Shown here piece after piece: positions 39,165-50,313 of a stretch of 64,000 nt of DNA. The first letter of the stretch is position 1. Every line of letters starts with the position of its first letter. The notes beneath the pieces are model-generated. The model searched no databases and was not told where the DNA came from. It saw nothing but the letters and a program-made list of their open reading frames with translations. This DNA is from Treponema sp. (lineage in GTDB: Bacteria > Spirochaetota > Spirochaetia > Treponematales > Treponemataceae), in contig JAFXWC010000064.1 in assembly GCA_017534445.1 (NCBI GenBank), positions 14,769 through 78,768 of the forward strand, given 5' to 3'. The position numbers and the translations under genes are program-made.

Positions 39165-39218
39165 GTGCCAAGTATAGCGATTGTTGCACTAAATGCAAAG
39201 TAGCGGCTAAGCTAGTTG

Positions 39219-42200
39219 CTAATGCGTTACCGTTATTTTTCCTACAACTGACGGGTTGTAGTCGGTTATTAGGGACGTTTCTGCTGTTGCCGCACCAGCT
39301 GTGGTTGTGTTGTAAGTAATTTGCGTTATGGCGGGGCAATCCGTGAAAGTGTTCGAATACGTTGACGAATTTCTTGCTAGGCTGTTGGCTTCACTTCCGT
39401 CGTATTTTATTGTTACGGTTTTGAGTTTTGTGCAGCCGCTGAAACAGTTCCACAAAGTCCTTGTTGTTGCGGGAATGGTAGGTCCTGTAACAAGGTTTGT
39501 ACAGTCTTCGAAACAGTAGTTCATTTCTTCTACTCCGTATGGTATGTCCGGGGCAGTTGTGAGTCCCGTGCAGCCGGAGAATGTACTCCACATGTTTGTG
39601 ACGGAAGAGGGTATTGTGGGGGCTGAGGTAAGGCTTGAGCAACCATCAAAGGTTCCTAGTAGGCTAGTAATTCCGCTTGGCAGGGTTGGTGCAGTCTTTA
39701 GGTTGCTGCAACCCCTGAAACAGTTTTGCAAGTCGTCATCTGTCCAACCGATGAGTACTGGCGGGTACACTAGATTCGTGCAGTCTCTGAATAAGTCCTG
39801 TATATGGGACCAATCTTCCTTTGTATCATCGAGCGTTACATCTGAAAGGTCCACATATATGTTGGGGTGGTTTTTAAGGGCTGTCGCAACGGCTCTAGAT
39901 TTTTCTCCAGTATATTCTTCATAGCTTGGGAGCTGCAGTCTGAGAGGATTGTCAACCGTGTATTCTGTCGGGTCAAGCGTAGCAAGGTAGTCGTTAAGCC
40001 CACTGGGGCTAATGCAATCCTTCGCCTTGACGGTATAGAGCTTTACCGTAACTTCTTCCCCATCTATGGAAATCTTTACGCTTATATCTGCGGATTGACC
40101 GGGTTTTTGGGGGGTTGCCTTTATCCAGTTGTGAGCCGAATCCCAAGTTACAGTAACGTTTTCGGTATTGGAAGATATTGCTCCTGTAACACTGAGTGTG
40201 CAACCAGATATATCTGGCAGGGTTACCTTGCAGTATGAAGTTGCCATAGTTATAGGTTCTACTGTTTCTGGAAGGGGTGAATTAGACAAATCTTTAAGTG
40301 TTACTTCATTTACGCTTATTGGTCTTGCCGTTAGCGTAAGGGTTTCTGAGCCTATCTTGGCGCGGAAGGTGATGTTGGAGCTTCCGGCGGATTTTGCCGA
40401 GATTTTGCCGTTTGCTGCTATGCCTGCAACGCTAGTGGATGATGAATTCCAATTGTCATAGGTTATGCCATTTGAGCTATTTGCCGCAGGAGTTATGACA
40501 AGGCTGCGGGCTGTTTCCCCGGCAATAAATGTGGTACGTCCGCTTGTGCCAATTACATAAAGCTTCTTTTTTGCGGTGTAGCTTTTTGAATTGATGGTTG
40601 CGGTGACTGTCAGTTCAGTTCCTCCGGCTGCTATTGGGCTAATGGTTTTCGTCTGTTTGGTGCTGCCGGTAATAGAGACGATTCCTGTAGCTGGGGTTGA
40701 GCCCCAGACAAGCTCCATTGCACTTGGCGGGGTGTAGGAGTTAGAGCCGATTGTTGCGTATGCGGTGTAACTTCCGCCCGTTCCAAGTTCATCCAAAAGC
40801 TGCTTGCCGCTAATTTCTATGCCATACACAGTAACCGTCTTTTTTGAGCTGCCTACGTTCTCGCCGTCAATAGTTACTGTTGCGGTGATGTCTGATGTTC
40901 CGCTATTTGAATTGCTTGGCGTAACTATAACATTTGGACCTGTTGCAGGATTTGGTACTGTTGCAACTGACGGGCTGCCAGAAGTCCATGAATAGGAAGG
41001 TGTTCCTCCAAAGCCTTCTGGGGATGCCAAAGATGCAGATAGGCTTACTGTGTTTTCAGTACCAACCATTGTTTCGGTCTCGCCTGTTATGGTAAGGTTG
41101 TGCACAAAAATTTCTTTTTTGGCAGTGATTGTTTTTCCGTACATGTCTGCGCTTACGGTGATGGTTGTTTTTCCTGTTGACAGTGCATTAACATTTATAC
41201 TGTAACCGCCGGCGGAAATAGATGGGTTGATAGCAGTTGCAACGGCGGGGTTTGCAGAAGACCAAACTACATTTGATGCGGTGTCTGTTGGTGTTGCAGT
41301 AAGTACTTTTTCGTTTGAACCTGCAAGGAAGTTGCTGTTACCGCTGATTGCAAGACCAACGACATGGATTGTCTTGGTTATTTCCAATGTTCTGCCGTCT
41401 TCTAGGGTTGCCGTTACGGTAATGGTTTCCGTACCGGTAGCAGATGCTGTAACTGTTGCGTTGCTACTATTTTGTGGATCTTGGTTAATGGTTATTACGC
41501 TGGGTGATGCAGGTGTCCATGTGCAGCTAGCGATTACGCCAGAGTCCACGCTTGCGGTAAGAGTAGAACTGGTTTCTCCGTTTTCTGGACTGAGTGTAAG
41601 CACTTCGTTTCCGCTTACGGAAAGGTTTGCCGGGGTTACAATGGAATCTGCGTTTACATCATTTGATTTAAAGCCGTCATCGTCTTCCAGGTAAATGGTC
41701 CACCGGATGAATTTGCCTATGCTTGCTTGTATGCCAGTGTCGTAATATATGGCTGTGCCGTCTGCTGAAGTTCCTGTGAATGGAGCTGCCCCGGACTCTG
41801 GAATAACATCAAGGGTGGATGGCCTTGTGGTAGAGGCGCTTGGCGTTAGCATTGTCAGGTTGCCGTCTGAATCTCTGCTTGCAACTGCCTCTCCGTTTAT
41901 ATAGACGGTGTGCGAATCATTTGTGTGGGTGGGGCTGTCCAGCTGGCTTGTTGGAAGGTAGAAACAAACGATATAGTTGTTGCCGTCGGTCTGTACGCTC
42001 TGGCCGTTTACGCTTGGCGGCGGGGAGTTGCACTTTAAGCTAAAAGAGTAGGGATCAAATTCCCTGAGTGTTTCGGCTTCTGACAGGTAGATTGTGCCAC
42101 CTATCTGTTGACCGCCTTCGTGTTCTTGCAGGTAGGATTGCGAATAGGTTACCCTTATGATTGTTTTGTCCTGCATGTCTTGTTCAATTCGAATGTGGGG

Positions 42201-42485
42201 ATGAGAGTCGGGGTCGCTAAAAGAAGTGTTAAGGGTGTATTGGCGCGGGTTCCGCAAATAGAAGGTTACAGTTTTGTCACCGTCGCTTGTAATGCAAGTT
42301 GTGCCGGAGTTGTCTTTTTGGGTTGGAAAATTGATTTCTTGCTTTTCGATTGCGGCAGTATTTGTGTATTTGTCAAAGTAGTCGTTTACCGGCTCTTCCC
42401 ATGTTGAGGATGAAGAGTTGTTGCAAGCAGAAAACAACGTAATAACTGTTGCGGCAAAAATGGAAGTTATGGTTATCTTTTTCAT
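39219..42485 (-). CDS. Large surface lipoprotein: tandem Ig-like (Big_2-type) domains and C-terminal LRR (BspA-like) repeats
   Basis: Lipobox FSAC; repeated W.S.N.SVA.../G...ITVTA; 22-aa repeats AP.IP.GV..M...F.GC..L. Confidence 0.78.
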   Translation of the reverse strand: MKKITITSIFAATVITLFSACNNSSSSTWEEPVNDYFDKYTNTAAIEKQEINFPTQKDNSGTTCITSDGDKTVTFYLRNPRQYTLNTSFSDPDSHPHIRIEQDMQDKTIIRVTYSQSYLQEHEGGQQIGGTIYLSEAETLREFDPYSFSLKCNSPPPSVNGQSVQTDGNNYIVCFYLPTSQLDSPTHTNDSHTVYINGEAVASRDSDGNLTMLTPSASTTRPSTLDVIPESGAAPFTGTSADGTAIYYDTGIQASIGKFIRWTIYLEDDDGFKSNDVNADSIVTPANLSVSGNEVLTLSPENGETSSTLTASVDSGVIASCTWTPASPSVITINQDPQNSSNATVTASATGTETITVTATLEDGRTLEITKTIHVVGLAISGNSNFLAGSNEKVLTATPTDTASNVVWSSANPAVATAINPSISAGGYSINVNALSTGKTTITVSADMYGKTITAKKEIFVHNLTITGETETMVGTENTVSLSASLASPEGFGGTPSYSWTSGSPSVATVPNPATGPNVIVTPSNSNSGTSDITATVTIDGENVGSSKKTVTVYGIEISGKQLLDELGTGGSYTAYATIGSNSYTPPSAMELVWGSTPATGIVSITGSTKQTKTISPIAAGGTELTVTATINSKSYTAKKKLYVIGTSGRTTFIAGETARSLVITPAANSSNGITYDNWNSSSTSVAGIAANGKISAKSAGSSNITFRAKIGSETLTLTARPISVNEVTLKDLSNSPLPETVEPITMATSYCKVTLPDISGCTLSVTGAISSNTENVTVTWDSAHNWIKATPQKPGQSADISVKISIDGEEVTVKLYTVKAKDCISPSGLNDYLATLDPTEYTVDNPLRLQLPSYEEYTGEKSRAVATALKNHPNIYVDLSDVTLDDTKEDWSHIQDLFRDCTNLVYPPVLIGWTDDDLQNCFRGCSNLKTAPTLPSGITSLLGTFDGCSSLTSAPTIPSSVTNMWSTFSGCTGLTTAPDIPYGVEEMNYCFEDCTNLVTGPTIPATTRTLWNCFSGCTKLKTVTIKYDGSEANSLARNSSTYSNTFTDCPAITQITYNTTTAGAATAETSLITDYNPSVVGKITVTH

Positions 42486-42760
42486 GGCTCTCATCTCCGT
42501 GCTACCCTTAATTATCGTGCACTTTATACTGATTTTCAAGAATTGATTAAAATTTTGTTATTTTTGTGTTCGCTAACAGGTAAAGGTATGCAAAACTTTG
42601 CTTGAATAATAACAAAATTATTTTCAACATGCAAAATAGTTATTGAATAATGTAAAAATTATAATTTTCTTGTATTTTTGGATAATATATAATTGTGGCT
42701 ATGGAAGCAAAGTTTTTGGCGTGTAATGACAAAATGCGGAAAAAATATTATTGTTTTTCT

Positions 42761-44143
42761 ATGTTGAGCAAAAACAAGGCTAGTGGCCGGTCGGACTCTA
42801 AGGCCTACATTACCGAGGGCGCAATCTGGAAGAGCATCATCAAGTTTATGCTGCCCATTATGCTGGGAATGTTTTTTCAGCAGCTCTACAATACCGTGGA
42901 TGCGGTTGTCGTGGGGCGGTATGTTGGCAAGGAGGCTCTTGCGGCTGTTGGCGGCGGCACCATGTTTTTTATAAACTTGCTCATCGGTTTTTGTGGCGGC
43001 GTGGCTAACGGTGCGGCTATTATCATCTCGCAATTTTTTGGCGCAAAAAAGTTCCGTGAGCTTTCTTTGGCCCTTCACACCTTCATACTTCTTTCTATTA
43101 TAATGGGTTTTCTTGTGACCCTTGTGGGGATTTTTTTCTGTGAGTTTGCGCTTAACCTTATAAAGACTCCGCCAGAGATTTTTACAAATGCAGTTACGTA
43201 TTTGAAGATTTATTTTCTTGGTATGATACCCATGTTTTTGTACAACACAGGGGCTTCCATTCTGCGTTCAACCGGGGATTCCAAGACTCCCTTTGCGGTT
43301 CTTGTGATTGCGTGTTTTGCAAACATTTTCCTTGACTGCTTTTTTGTGATCGTTCTGCGCCTTGGGGTTGCGGGTGTTGCTTTTGCGACTATTACTTCGG
43401 AAGTTTTGAGCATGATTCTAATTTTCCTTCCGCTTACCAGGACCAGCGACGTGTACAAGGTTGAATTTGCCAAGGTAAGGCTGGATTTTTCCTTGCTTAA
43501 GAAGATGATTAGGCTGGGGCTTCCTTCCGGGCTTTGCACCATGATGTACCCAATATCAAACCTTACGCTCATGTCCTTTATAAACACCTTTCCTACCGAA
43601 TCGATTGCGGCTTGGACTGCTTGGGGAAAGCTGGATGCTCTCTTCTGGATGTCTGTTTCTTCAATGGGCATGGCTTTGAATACTTTTTCAGGGCAGAATT
43701 ACGGGGCTGGAAAGTATGACCGCATTAAGAAGGGTGCCTGGCAGGGGCTTTTGATAATGAATGCTATAACCCTTGTGCTTGTAATTGTCTTTAGGCTCTT
43801 TGGGCGCTTTTTCTACAATTTGTTTGTTCCCGGAGAAGAGGCCGTTATTGCCATGGGGCTAAAGATTCTCTTCTTTCTTACACCAGCCTTTTTCTTTTAC
43901 GTGCCTAATGAAGTTCTTGCGGGCATTATTGGCGGTGTGGGAAAGACTTATGTTTCCATGCTAGTTACCCTTTTTGGAATTTGCGGAATACGCTTGCTTT
44001 GGCTTTTTGCTTTCTGCCGGGGAACAGACAACTTTTTGAAGGTAATTACATGCTACCCCATTTCCTGGTCGGTTAGCGCGGTGATTTTCTTTGCTTATTT
44101 TAAGAGCAAGCGCTGGATGCCTAGGGATCTGCTTTCTGCTTGA
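42761..44143 (+). CDS. MATE-family efflux transporter
   Basis: FQQLYNTVD..VVG..VG..ALAAVG, GDSKTP, GQNYGA. Start codon uncertain. Confidence 0.92.
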   Translation: MLSKNKASGRSDSKAYITEGAIWKSIIKFMLPIMLGMFFQQLYNTVDAVVVGRYVGKEALAAVGGGTMFFINLLIGFCGGVANGAAIIISQFFGAKKFRELSLALHTFILLSIIMGFLVTLVGIFFCEFALNLIKTPPEIFTNAVTYLKIYFLGMIPMFLYNTGASILRSTGDSKTPFAVLVIACFANIFLDCFFVIVLRLGVAGVAFATITSEVLSMILIFLPLTRTSDVYKVEFAKVRLDFSLLKKMIRLGLPSGLCTMMYPISNLTLMSFINTFPTESIAAWTAWGKLDALFWMSVSSMGMALNTFSGQNYGAGKYDRIKKGAWQGLLIMNAITLVLVIVFRLFGRFFYNLFVPGEEAVIAMGLKILFFLTPAFFFYVPNEVLAGIIGGVGKTYVSMLVTLFGICGIRLLWLFAFCRGTDNFLKVITCYPISWSVSAVIFFAYFKSKRWMPRDLLSA

Positions 44144-44210
44144 ATCTTTGGTGTGCGCGGGATTTGCGTTATCTTGACTAAAAACCTTGAATCTTTTACT
44201 ATAAAACATT

Positions 44211-46052
44211 ATGAAAGTCAACGAGTTGCGTTCTAAGTACATTGAATTTTTCAAGTCAAAGAATCATGTGGAAATTAGCGGAAAGAGCCTTTTGCCAAAC
44301 AATGACCCTACGGTTTTGTTTACTACTGCGGGTATGCAGCCGCTCGTTCCTTATCTTTTGGGCGAAAAGCATCCGTCCGGTGACCGCCTTACCGATTACC
44401 AGAAGTGTGTGCGTACGGGAGACATTGATTCCGTTGGTGACGCAAGCCATCTTACTTTTTTTGAGATGCTGGGTAACTGGAGCCTTGGTTCTTATTTTAA
44501 GCAGGAGTCCATTGCCTATTCGTTTGAATTTTTGACTTCTCCAAAATACCTTGGAATTCCAAAGGAAAAGCTGAATGTTACCGTTTTTGCTGGCGAAAAG
44601 ACTGCTGACGGTACGGAAATTCCCCGCGATGAAGAGGCAGCTGCACGTTGGGAAGAAATGGGTATTGCAAAAGACCATATCTTCTTCCTTCCGCGCGAGG
44701 ATAACTGGTGGGGTCCGGCTGGTCAGACAGGCCCGTGTGGTCCGGATACAGAGATTTTCTATGACAACGGCCAGCCAAAGTGTGGTCCAGACTGCCGCCC
44801 CGGTTGCCACTGCGGTAAGTATCTTGAAATTTGGAACAACGTATTCATGGGCTACAACAAGGATGCCCAGGGTCACTATAACGAGATGGAGCGCAAGTGC
44901 GTAGACACAGGAATGGGTGTTGAGCGTACGGTTTCCGTTTTGAACGGCCAGAAGTCTGTTTACGAGACGGACGTTTTCCAGCCAATCATAAAGTCTATAG
45001 AAGAGCTTAGTGGCAAGAAGTACGGCGAGAACGAAGCAGACGATACTGCTATCCGCATTATTGCAGACCATGTGCGCACCGCAACCTTTATTCTTGGAGA
45101 CCCACAGGGTGTTACTCCGGCAAGAACTGGAGCTGGCTACATTCTCCGCAGAATCATCCGCCGCGCTGTACGTTACGGTCGCAAGCTTGGAATTGAAGGT
45201 TCTTTCCTTGCAAAACCGGCAGGTATTATAATAGAAGAATACAAAGAAGCTTACCCTGAATTGCCCGAACACGAGGCTTTTGTTAAGGAACAGCTTACTT
45301 TGGAAGAAGAGAAGTTTGGCAAGACCCTTAAGTCTGGAGAAAATGAATTCCAGAAGCTTTTGCCCAACCTTCAGAAGAATCCCAAGAAGATTATTCCTGG
45401 CCGCGTGGCATTCCGCCTTTACGACACCTTTGGCTTCCCAATAGAGATTACTGAGGAAATGGCCAAGGAAAACGGCATGTCCGTAGACATTGAAGGCTTT
45501 AAGGCAGAGGAAAAGAAGCATCAGGAGGAGTCACGCTCGCTTAGTGCAGGTACCTTTAAGGGCGGTCTTGTTGACCACAGCGAGATTACCACAAAGTACC
45601 ACACTGCAACCCACCTCTTGCAGCAGGCTCTTGTTAACGTTCTTGGTGATGAGGTTGCCCAGAAGGGTTCAAATATTACTGCCGAGCGTATGCGCTTTGA
45701 CTTTAGCTTCCACCGTGCAATGACTAAGGAAGAGATTGCCCAGGTAGAGGCTATTGTTAACGAGCAGATTCAGAAGGATTTGCCAGTTTCCATGGAGGTT
45801 ATGCCTCTTGAACAGGCCAGGGCTGAAGGTGCACGCGCTTTGTTTGGCGAAAAGTACGAAAGCCAGGTTAAGGTTTACACAATTGGTCCAAAGGAAGGCT
45901 GGTTCAGCAAGGAAGTTTGCGGTGGCCCACATGTTCAGCATACGGCCCAGATTGGCAAATTCAAGATTGTAAAGGAACAGTCTTCTTCTGCCGGCGTACG
46001 CAGAATCCGTGCAACTATTGAAGGCGGTCTTCCGCTGGAAAATCAGGCATAA
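44211..46052 (+). CDS. alaS: Alanine--tRNA ligase, short spirochaete type
   Basis: DPTVLFTTAGMQP, HLTFFEMLGNWS, DTGMGVER, HTATHLL, EVCGGPH. Confidence 0.97.
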   Translation: MKVNELRSKYIEFFKSKNHVEISGKSLLPNNDPTVLFTTAGMQPLVPYLLGEKHPSGDRLTDYQKCVRTGDIDSVGDASHLTFFEMLGNWSLGSYFKQESIAYSFEFLTSPKYLGIPKEKLNVTVFAGEKTADGTEIPRDEEAAARWEEMGIAKDHIFFLPREDNWWGPAGQTGPCGPDTEIFYDNGQPKCGPDCRPGCHCGKYLEIWNNVFMGYNKDAQGHYNEMERKCVDTGMGVERTVSVLNGQKSVYETDVFQPIIKSIEELSGKKYGENEADDTAIRIIADHVRTATFILGDPQGVTPARTGAGYILRRIIRRAVRYGRKLGIEGSFLAKPAGIIIEEYKEAYPELPEHEAFVKEQLTLEEEKFGKTLKSGENEFQKLLPNLQKNPKKIIPGRVAFRLYDTFGFPIEITEEMAKENGMSVDIEGFKAEEKKHQEESRSLSAGTFKGGLVDHSEITTKYHTATHLLQQALVNVLGDEVAQKGSNITAERMRFDFSFHRAMTKEEIAQVEAIVNEQIQKDLPVSMEVMPLEQARAEGARALFGEKYESQVKVYTIGPKEGWFSKEVCGGPHVQHTAQIGKFKIVKEQSSSAGVRRIRATIEGGLPLENQA

Positions 46053-46176
46053 GAACTGCAAATAAGCTAGTTGGCTTGTAACGAATTTTATTATTGATTT
46101 GTTATATTTTTAGAAAGGGGTTAGGCCTCTGCACCGGTATTTCGGTTGATTTTTATAGATTAAAGAGGAAAGTTAT

Positions 46177-47271
46177 ATGAAACGTTTAGCAATTGGTTTT
46201 ACAATGTTGCTTTCTGCGGCTGGTTTTTTGTTTGCACAGAATGAGTTGCAGCCCCTCGCCGTGGTAAAACTGCACAAATCAGAAACTATTACCCTGAAGC
46301 AGCTTAAGGCTCGTGCCGGTGTTGCGGAAAAACAGTACGAGGCTTACGGCATGAAGATGACCGATGCCCAGAAGGCAGAGCTTAGGAAGGCAACGCTTGA
46401 AAGCATGATTGCCAACAAGCTTATTGCCCAGCAGGCAGCAAAGGAAGGTCTTGCTATTACTGACTCACAGGTAAATGCCGCTTTTGTAAGCTCATTCAGC
46501 CAGGGTGGACAGCAGATTACCGAAGCCCAGCTTGAACAGGCTGTAAAGAAGTCTACAGGCAAGTCTTTGGCCCAGTACATTCAGGAGACAACCGGAATGT
46601 CAATGGCTGACTACAAGGCCTATATCAAGGAATCAATCACCGTCCAGCAGTATGTCGTAAGCAAAAAGCAGGACGAAGCAAAGAAGATTACTGCCACGGA
46701 CAAGGAAATCAATGAGTTCTACGACATGAACAAGACCAAGTTTGTCTGGGACGACATGGCAAAGCTTTTCCTTTATGTTATTCCAAAGGGAAAGGATGCT
46801 GACGGAACAAAGGCAAAGGCTAATGCTGCCCTTAAGCAGGTTTCCGCAAAGCAGGCTTCCAGAACAGACATAATGAAATCTTCTGATAACGGCAAGGTTT
46901 TCCAGGCCGGAGAAATCATGGTTCACAACAATGCCCAGACGGCTCAGGCCCAGGGTTGGACAATGGATAAGATGAAGGAGCTTTTTGACCGCAACGTTGG
47001 CTTTACAAGCGAATTGATTGACGGTGGCAACAACTGGCAGTTCTATTCTGTTCTTGGCAAGTACAGCGCAAAGATGCTTAAGCTTTCCGATCCTGTTGAA
47101 CCGGAATCAAAGCTCACTGTAAAAGAATATATTAAGGGTACTTTAACAAGTCAGAAGCAGGGTCAGTTCCTTCAGAAGTCTGCCAGTGACATTGTTAAGA
47201 ATCTTGACAATGCGGCTAACGTAGACCGCAAGAAGACAGGTGACGCCCTTACAAAACTTTTAAGCTGGTAG
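46177..47271 (+). CDS. SurA/PrsA-like periplasmic chaperone
   Basis: Signal peptide; L..MI..KLI.Q.A.K.G..ITD..V; FY..NK..F; position between alaS and nusB. Confidence 0.75.
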   Translation: MKRLAIGFTMLLSAAGFLFAQNELQPLAVVKLHKSETITLKQLKARAGVAEKQYEAYGMKMTDAQKAELRKATLESMIANKLIAQQAAKEGLAITDSQVNAAFVSSFSQGGQQITEAQLEQAVKKSTGKSLAQYIQETTGMSMADYKAYIKESITVQQYVVSKKQDEAKKITATDKEINEFYDMNKTKFVWDDMAKLFLYVIPKGKDADGTKAKANAALKQVSAKQASRTDIMKSSDNGKVFQAGEIMVHNNAQTAQAQGWTMDKMKELFDRNVGFTSELIDGGNNWQFYSVLGKYSAKMLKLSDPVEPESKLTVKEYIKGTLTSQKQGQFLQKSASDIVKNLDNAANVDRKKTGDALTKLLSW

Positions 47272-47278
47272 GTTTGCA

Positions 47279-47707
47279 GTGTCTCGTCGGAAAGGAAGAA
47301 TTCTGGCATTTCAGGCTCTGTACTCATACGATGTGGGTAAGAAGAGCCTGGATGACCTTTTAAAACTTGATTGGGTAGATAATAATACTGAAAGTGAAGC
47401 AAAAAATGCCGATACTGAAAAGGACGATTTTGCCCGTATTCTCATTTCCGGTACAATAAATCATCTAGAAGAGATTGATGTGCTTATAAAAGAGCATTTG
47501 TCCGAACGATGGGAATTTGACCGTGTTAACAAGGTGTCTTTGGCGATTTTGCGAATGAGCATTTTCCAGCTTCTGTACCAAAAGGAAACGCCCGGGTCTG
47601 TGGTTATTGATGAAGCCATAGCCATTGCAAAAGAATTCGACACAGACATTTCCTTTAAATTCATTAATGCTGTTCTGGACAAAATTCGTAAAGAGATAGC
47701 AACTTGA
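47279..47707 (+). CDS. nusB: Transcription antitermination factor NusB
   Basis: SRRKGR..AFQALY, AILR....L, VIDEAI.IAK.F, FINAVLD. Confidence 0.95.
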   Translation: MSRRKGRILAFQALYSYDVGKKSLDDLLKLDWVDNNTESEAKNADTEKDDFARILISGTINHLEEIDVLIKEHLSERWEFDRVNKVSLAILRMSIFQLLYQKETPGSVVIDEAIAIAKEFDTDISFKFINAVLDKIRKEIAT

Positions 47708-49728
47708 ACACAAAGACTAAAACTTTAGGATTTTCCTCATTTCTTGCGCATGGACTTGCAAGGCCCCTTGCTTTGCTTGCTCTTTGCGCGGTTTTGTTTT
47801 CGTCCCTCTTTGTTTTTGCGGGATGTTCCTCTCATTCAGAAGGTGCCGCAATAAGTACGGAACTTGGTTTCGTGGACATTTTGATTGGCCAGGGCAAGAC
47901 CAAGGAAGCCATGGAGCTTTTGCATCAGACGGAAAAGCTTGCTTCTACGCCATTGGAGAGCATGGGTGTTTACAAGAGGTATGTTACCCTTGGTGAAGCT
48001 GACCGTGCGGAAAAGACGCTTAAAAAGGCCTTGAGAAAGCATAAGAAGGACAAGCAGTTGCTTGCGGTCTACGGAAATTTCCTTCTGGACCAGAACAAGA
48101 CAAAAAAGGCAATGAAGGTAACAAAGCCCCTTTCCGGTACCGAATACGGCTCCATATATGCGGAGGCCTTCCTTTCCTATGCGCTCGAGACAGGCTGGAG
48201 TGCGGACGACTTGTTTGGAAAGACCTTCTTTTTGTTCAGGGGAAAAAAGAAAAATCCCGACCATACTGCCACTGCAAAGGAAAAGTTTGAGGTCTTTTAT
48301 GATTCCCGCTTTGTGCCCATTTATCTTGATGCTGCCCGAAGCACAAAACTTTCCCGCTGGGCTCGTAATGCCGCCGCCCTTTGCATGAAAGAAGGCAATT
48401 TTGCAAAGGCTTCCGAGGCTTATACTGGCACGGTTGACTCTTTGGAAGATTCCCTTTTCTGGGGTTCTGTCTTTTATGATGCAGGTCTTTACACGGAAAG
48501 TCTTGAGGCCCTTGTTGAGGGAGACTCTTTCCCCGGCCCAGTGGCACTAAAGATTGAACACAAGGCTTTGGAGGCAGATGACTACTACCTTCTTGAAGAA
48601 GATGCGGCTGCAGAAAAAATCCGCAGTGAGCTTATAGATGTTATTTTGGCTGAATCGGCAAATGAAAACGCCGGTTTGACTTCTTATGCCAAGCAGGTTC
48701 TTCCTGTGGTTTATGTTAACAGCGCAATGTACTTAAAGAGCAAGAACGATCTTGCTAAGGAATTCAGCAGGCTGGACACCCTTGTTACAAAGTTCCCGGA
48801 TTATGTGCCGGGTCTTGCAACTTACGGTGACTATGCCCTTTACCTCTTGCGCCGTCCGCCGGAGGATAAGCTTTCCCAGGATTTGCGCATGGCGGGGCTT
48901 AGAACCAAGGCCATGGAAGAAGAGGACAGGATTCCCAAGATTTCTTTGGAAGATGCGCTTGTAAAGATTGACGAGTCACTTGAGCGCACCCAGAATCCCC
49001 GCCTTATAATTATCCGCGAGCAGCTTTTGGCAGAGCTCCACCGCGAGTGGGAAACAGAGCACAAGGCAAGCCGTGTTTGGCCGCTTTTGGAAAAGAATGC
49101 ACTTGATAAGCCATCACTCTACCCAGATGATGTCGTTCACTATTCGGTGGTTGTTCTTTTGAACAATGGGCACGAGCAGGACGCAAGGGATTTGTTCATA
49201 AAATATGAGCAGTCCAAGCACGAGGAAGCCCTTGGCAAAAAGAAGAAGTCGGGAGAGGATGATGACGGTCTTCCGCCAAAGTTTGAGCCTTCCGAGCATG
49301 CAGAGCTTTTGAACCTTTGGGAAAAGGAAGCGGCGGCATGGTTCTACGTTAAGGACGGCCGTATAGACGAAGGTCTTGCAATGTACGGCAGCATACTGGA
49401 AAACTTTTCCAAGAGGACTCCTGTTATGAATTCAGGCGGGCAGAGTGAATCTGTTACGAATGCCTATATTAATATTGCCAACATCTATGCCGGTCGTGGA
49501 CAGGGTGCTTTGGCCTTGGACAGCCTAAAGAAGGCTTTGCCGCGCACTTTGGACGAGGGCCTTAAGGCTGATGTTTTGTACCGCATTGGAAAGGAATACT
49601 ACTATCTGGGTGACTACAAGAATGCAATCCGTTCCCTCCAGTATTCGCTTAACCAGAATGAGGGGCAGAACAAGGTGCGTAACCGTGCAAGGCTTATTCT
49701 AAAGCAGGCGCAAGACAAGAATAAATAA
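47704..49728 (+). CDS. TPR-repeat protein, possible lipoprotein
   Basis: FAGC lipobox-like motif; C-terminal TPR helices. Confidence 0.7.
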   Translation: MNTKTKTLGFSSFLAHGLARPLALLALCAVLFSSLFVFAGCSSHSEGAAISTELGFVDILIGQGKTKEAMELLHQTEKLASTPLESMGVYKRYVTLGEADRAEKTLKKALRKHKKDKQLLAVYGNFLLDQNKTKKAMKVTKPLSGTEYGSIYAEAFLSYALETGWSADDLFGKTFFLFRGKKKNPDHTATAKEKFEVFYDSRFVPIYLDAARSTKLSRWARNAAALCMKEGNFAKASEAYTGTVDSLEDSLFWGSVFYDAGLYTESLEALVEGDSFPGPVALKIEHKALEADDYYLLEEDAAAEKIRSELIDVILAESANENAGLTSYAKQVLPVVYVNSAMYLKSKNDLAKEFSRLDTLVTKFPDYVPGLATYGDYALYLLRRPPEDKLSQDLRMAGLRTKAMEEEDRIPKISLEDALVKIDESLERTQNPRLIIIREQLLAELHREWETEHKASRVWPLLEKNALDKPSLYPDDVVHYSVVVLLNNGHEQDARDLFIKYEQSKHEEALGKKKKSGEDDDGLPPKFEPSEHAELLNLWEKEAAAWFYVKDGRIDEGLAMYGSILENFSKRTPVMNSGGQSESVTNAYINIANIYAGRGQGALALDSLKKALPRTLDEGLKADVLYRIGKEYYYLGDYKNAIRSLQYSLNQNEGQNKVRNRARLILKQAQDKNK

Positions 49729-49737
49729 AAATTAATG

Positions 49738-49786
49738 AAAAAACCGGGTCATTTTTACCCTTTGGGGGTAGTGCCCGGTTTTTTTT
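49738..49786. terminator. Bidirectional intrinsic terminator
   Basis: aaaaaaccggg...cccggtttttttt between convergent genes. Confidence 0.75.
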
Positions 49787-49861
49787 GTGTCATTTTGACC
49801 CACAAATTATTTTGTCTGCATATCTTTAATCCAAAAATACGCAGTTTGGACAATTTTTTTG

Positions 49862-50134
49862 CTATTCGATGACGGCGATGATGTCTGAATTCTTAAGGAT
49901 AAGATAGTCTTCACCGTCAATTTTGATTCCTGTTCCGGAATACTTGTCGTAAAGGATTTTTTCTCCTGGTTTTACGGTGATTTTTTCTTTTTCTGTGCCC
50001 GGACCGACAGCTTCTACTGTTGCCTGCTGGGTCTTTTCCTGTGAAGTTTCAGGAATGATGATTCCGCCTGCTGATTTTGTCTCTGCAGCTACCTGCTTTA
50101 CCAATACGCGGTCTGCCAAAGGTCTGATTTTCAT
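49862..50134 (-). CDS. groES: Co-chaperonin GroES
   Basis: IRPLADRVLV, GGIIIP, VGPG, KYSGT.IK.DG. Confidence 0.97.
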   Translation of the reverse strand: MKIRPLADRVLVKQVAAETKSAGGIIIPETSQEKTQQATVEAVGPGTEKEKITVKPGEKILYDKYSGTGIKIDGEDYLILKNSDIIAVIE

Positions 50135-50258
50135 TATATTTCCTCCAAATGTATGTTATTAAAAGCTTGTATAACTAGAATATAATAAATTTTGTGCTTG
50201 GGCGTCAAATAAATTCGGCAGGGAATTTTTTTGTAATTTTTTTGTGGCGTTTGAAAAG

Positions 50259-50275
50259 TTGGCATGAAAGTTGCT
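50259..50275 (+). promoter_or_regulatory. sigma54 (-24/-12) promoter
   Basis: TTGGCAT-GAAAG-TTGCT, about 40 nt before the sigma factor ATG. Confidence 0.7.
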
Positions 50276-50313
50276 ATTTCTTTATTGAAACTATTTAGCG
50301 AGGAGTGGCAATT

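Noticed and set aside
44211-46052. alaS as a truncated pseudogene
   Set aside because: An AlaRS of about 600 aa lacking the C-terminal domain is normal in spirochaetes; catalytic and editing motifs are intact.
49862-50134. groES without groEL
   Set aside because: Separated groES and groEL is usual in Treponema.
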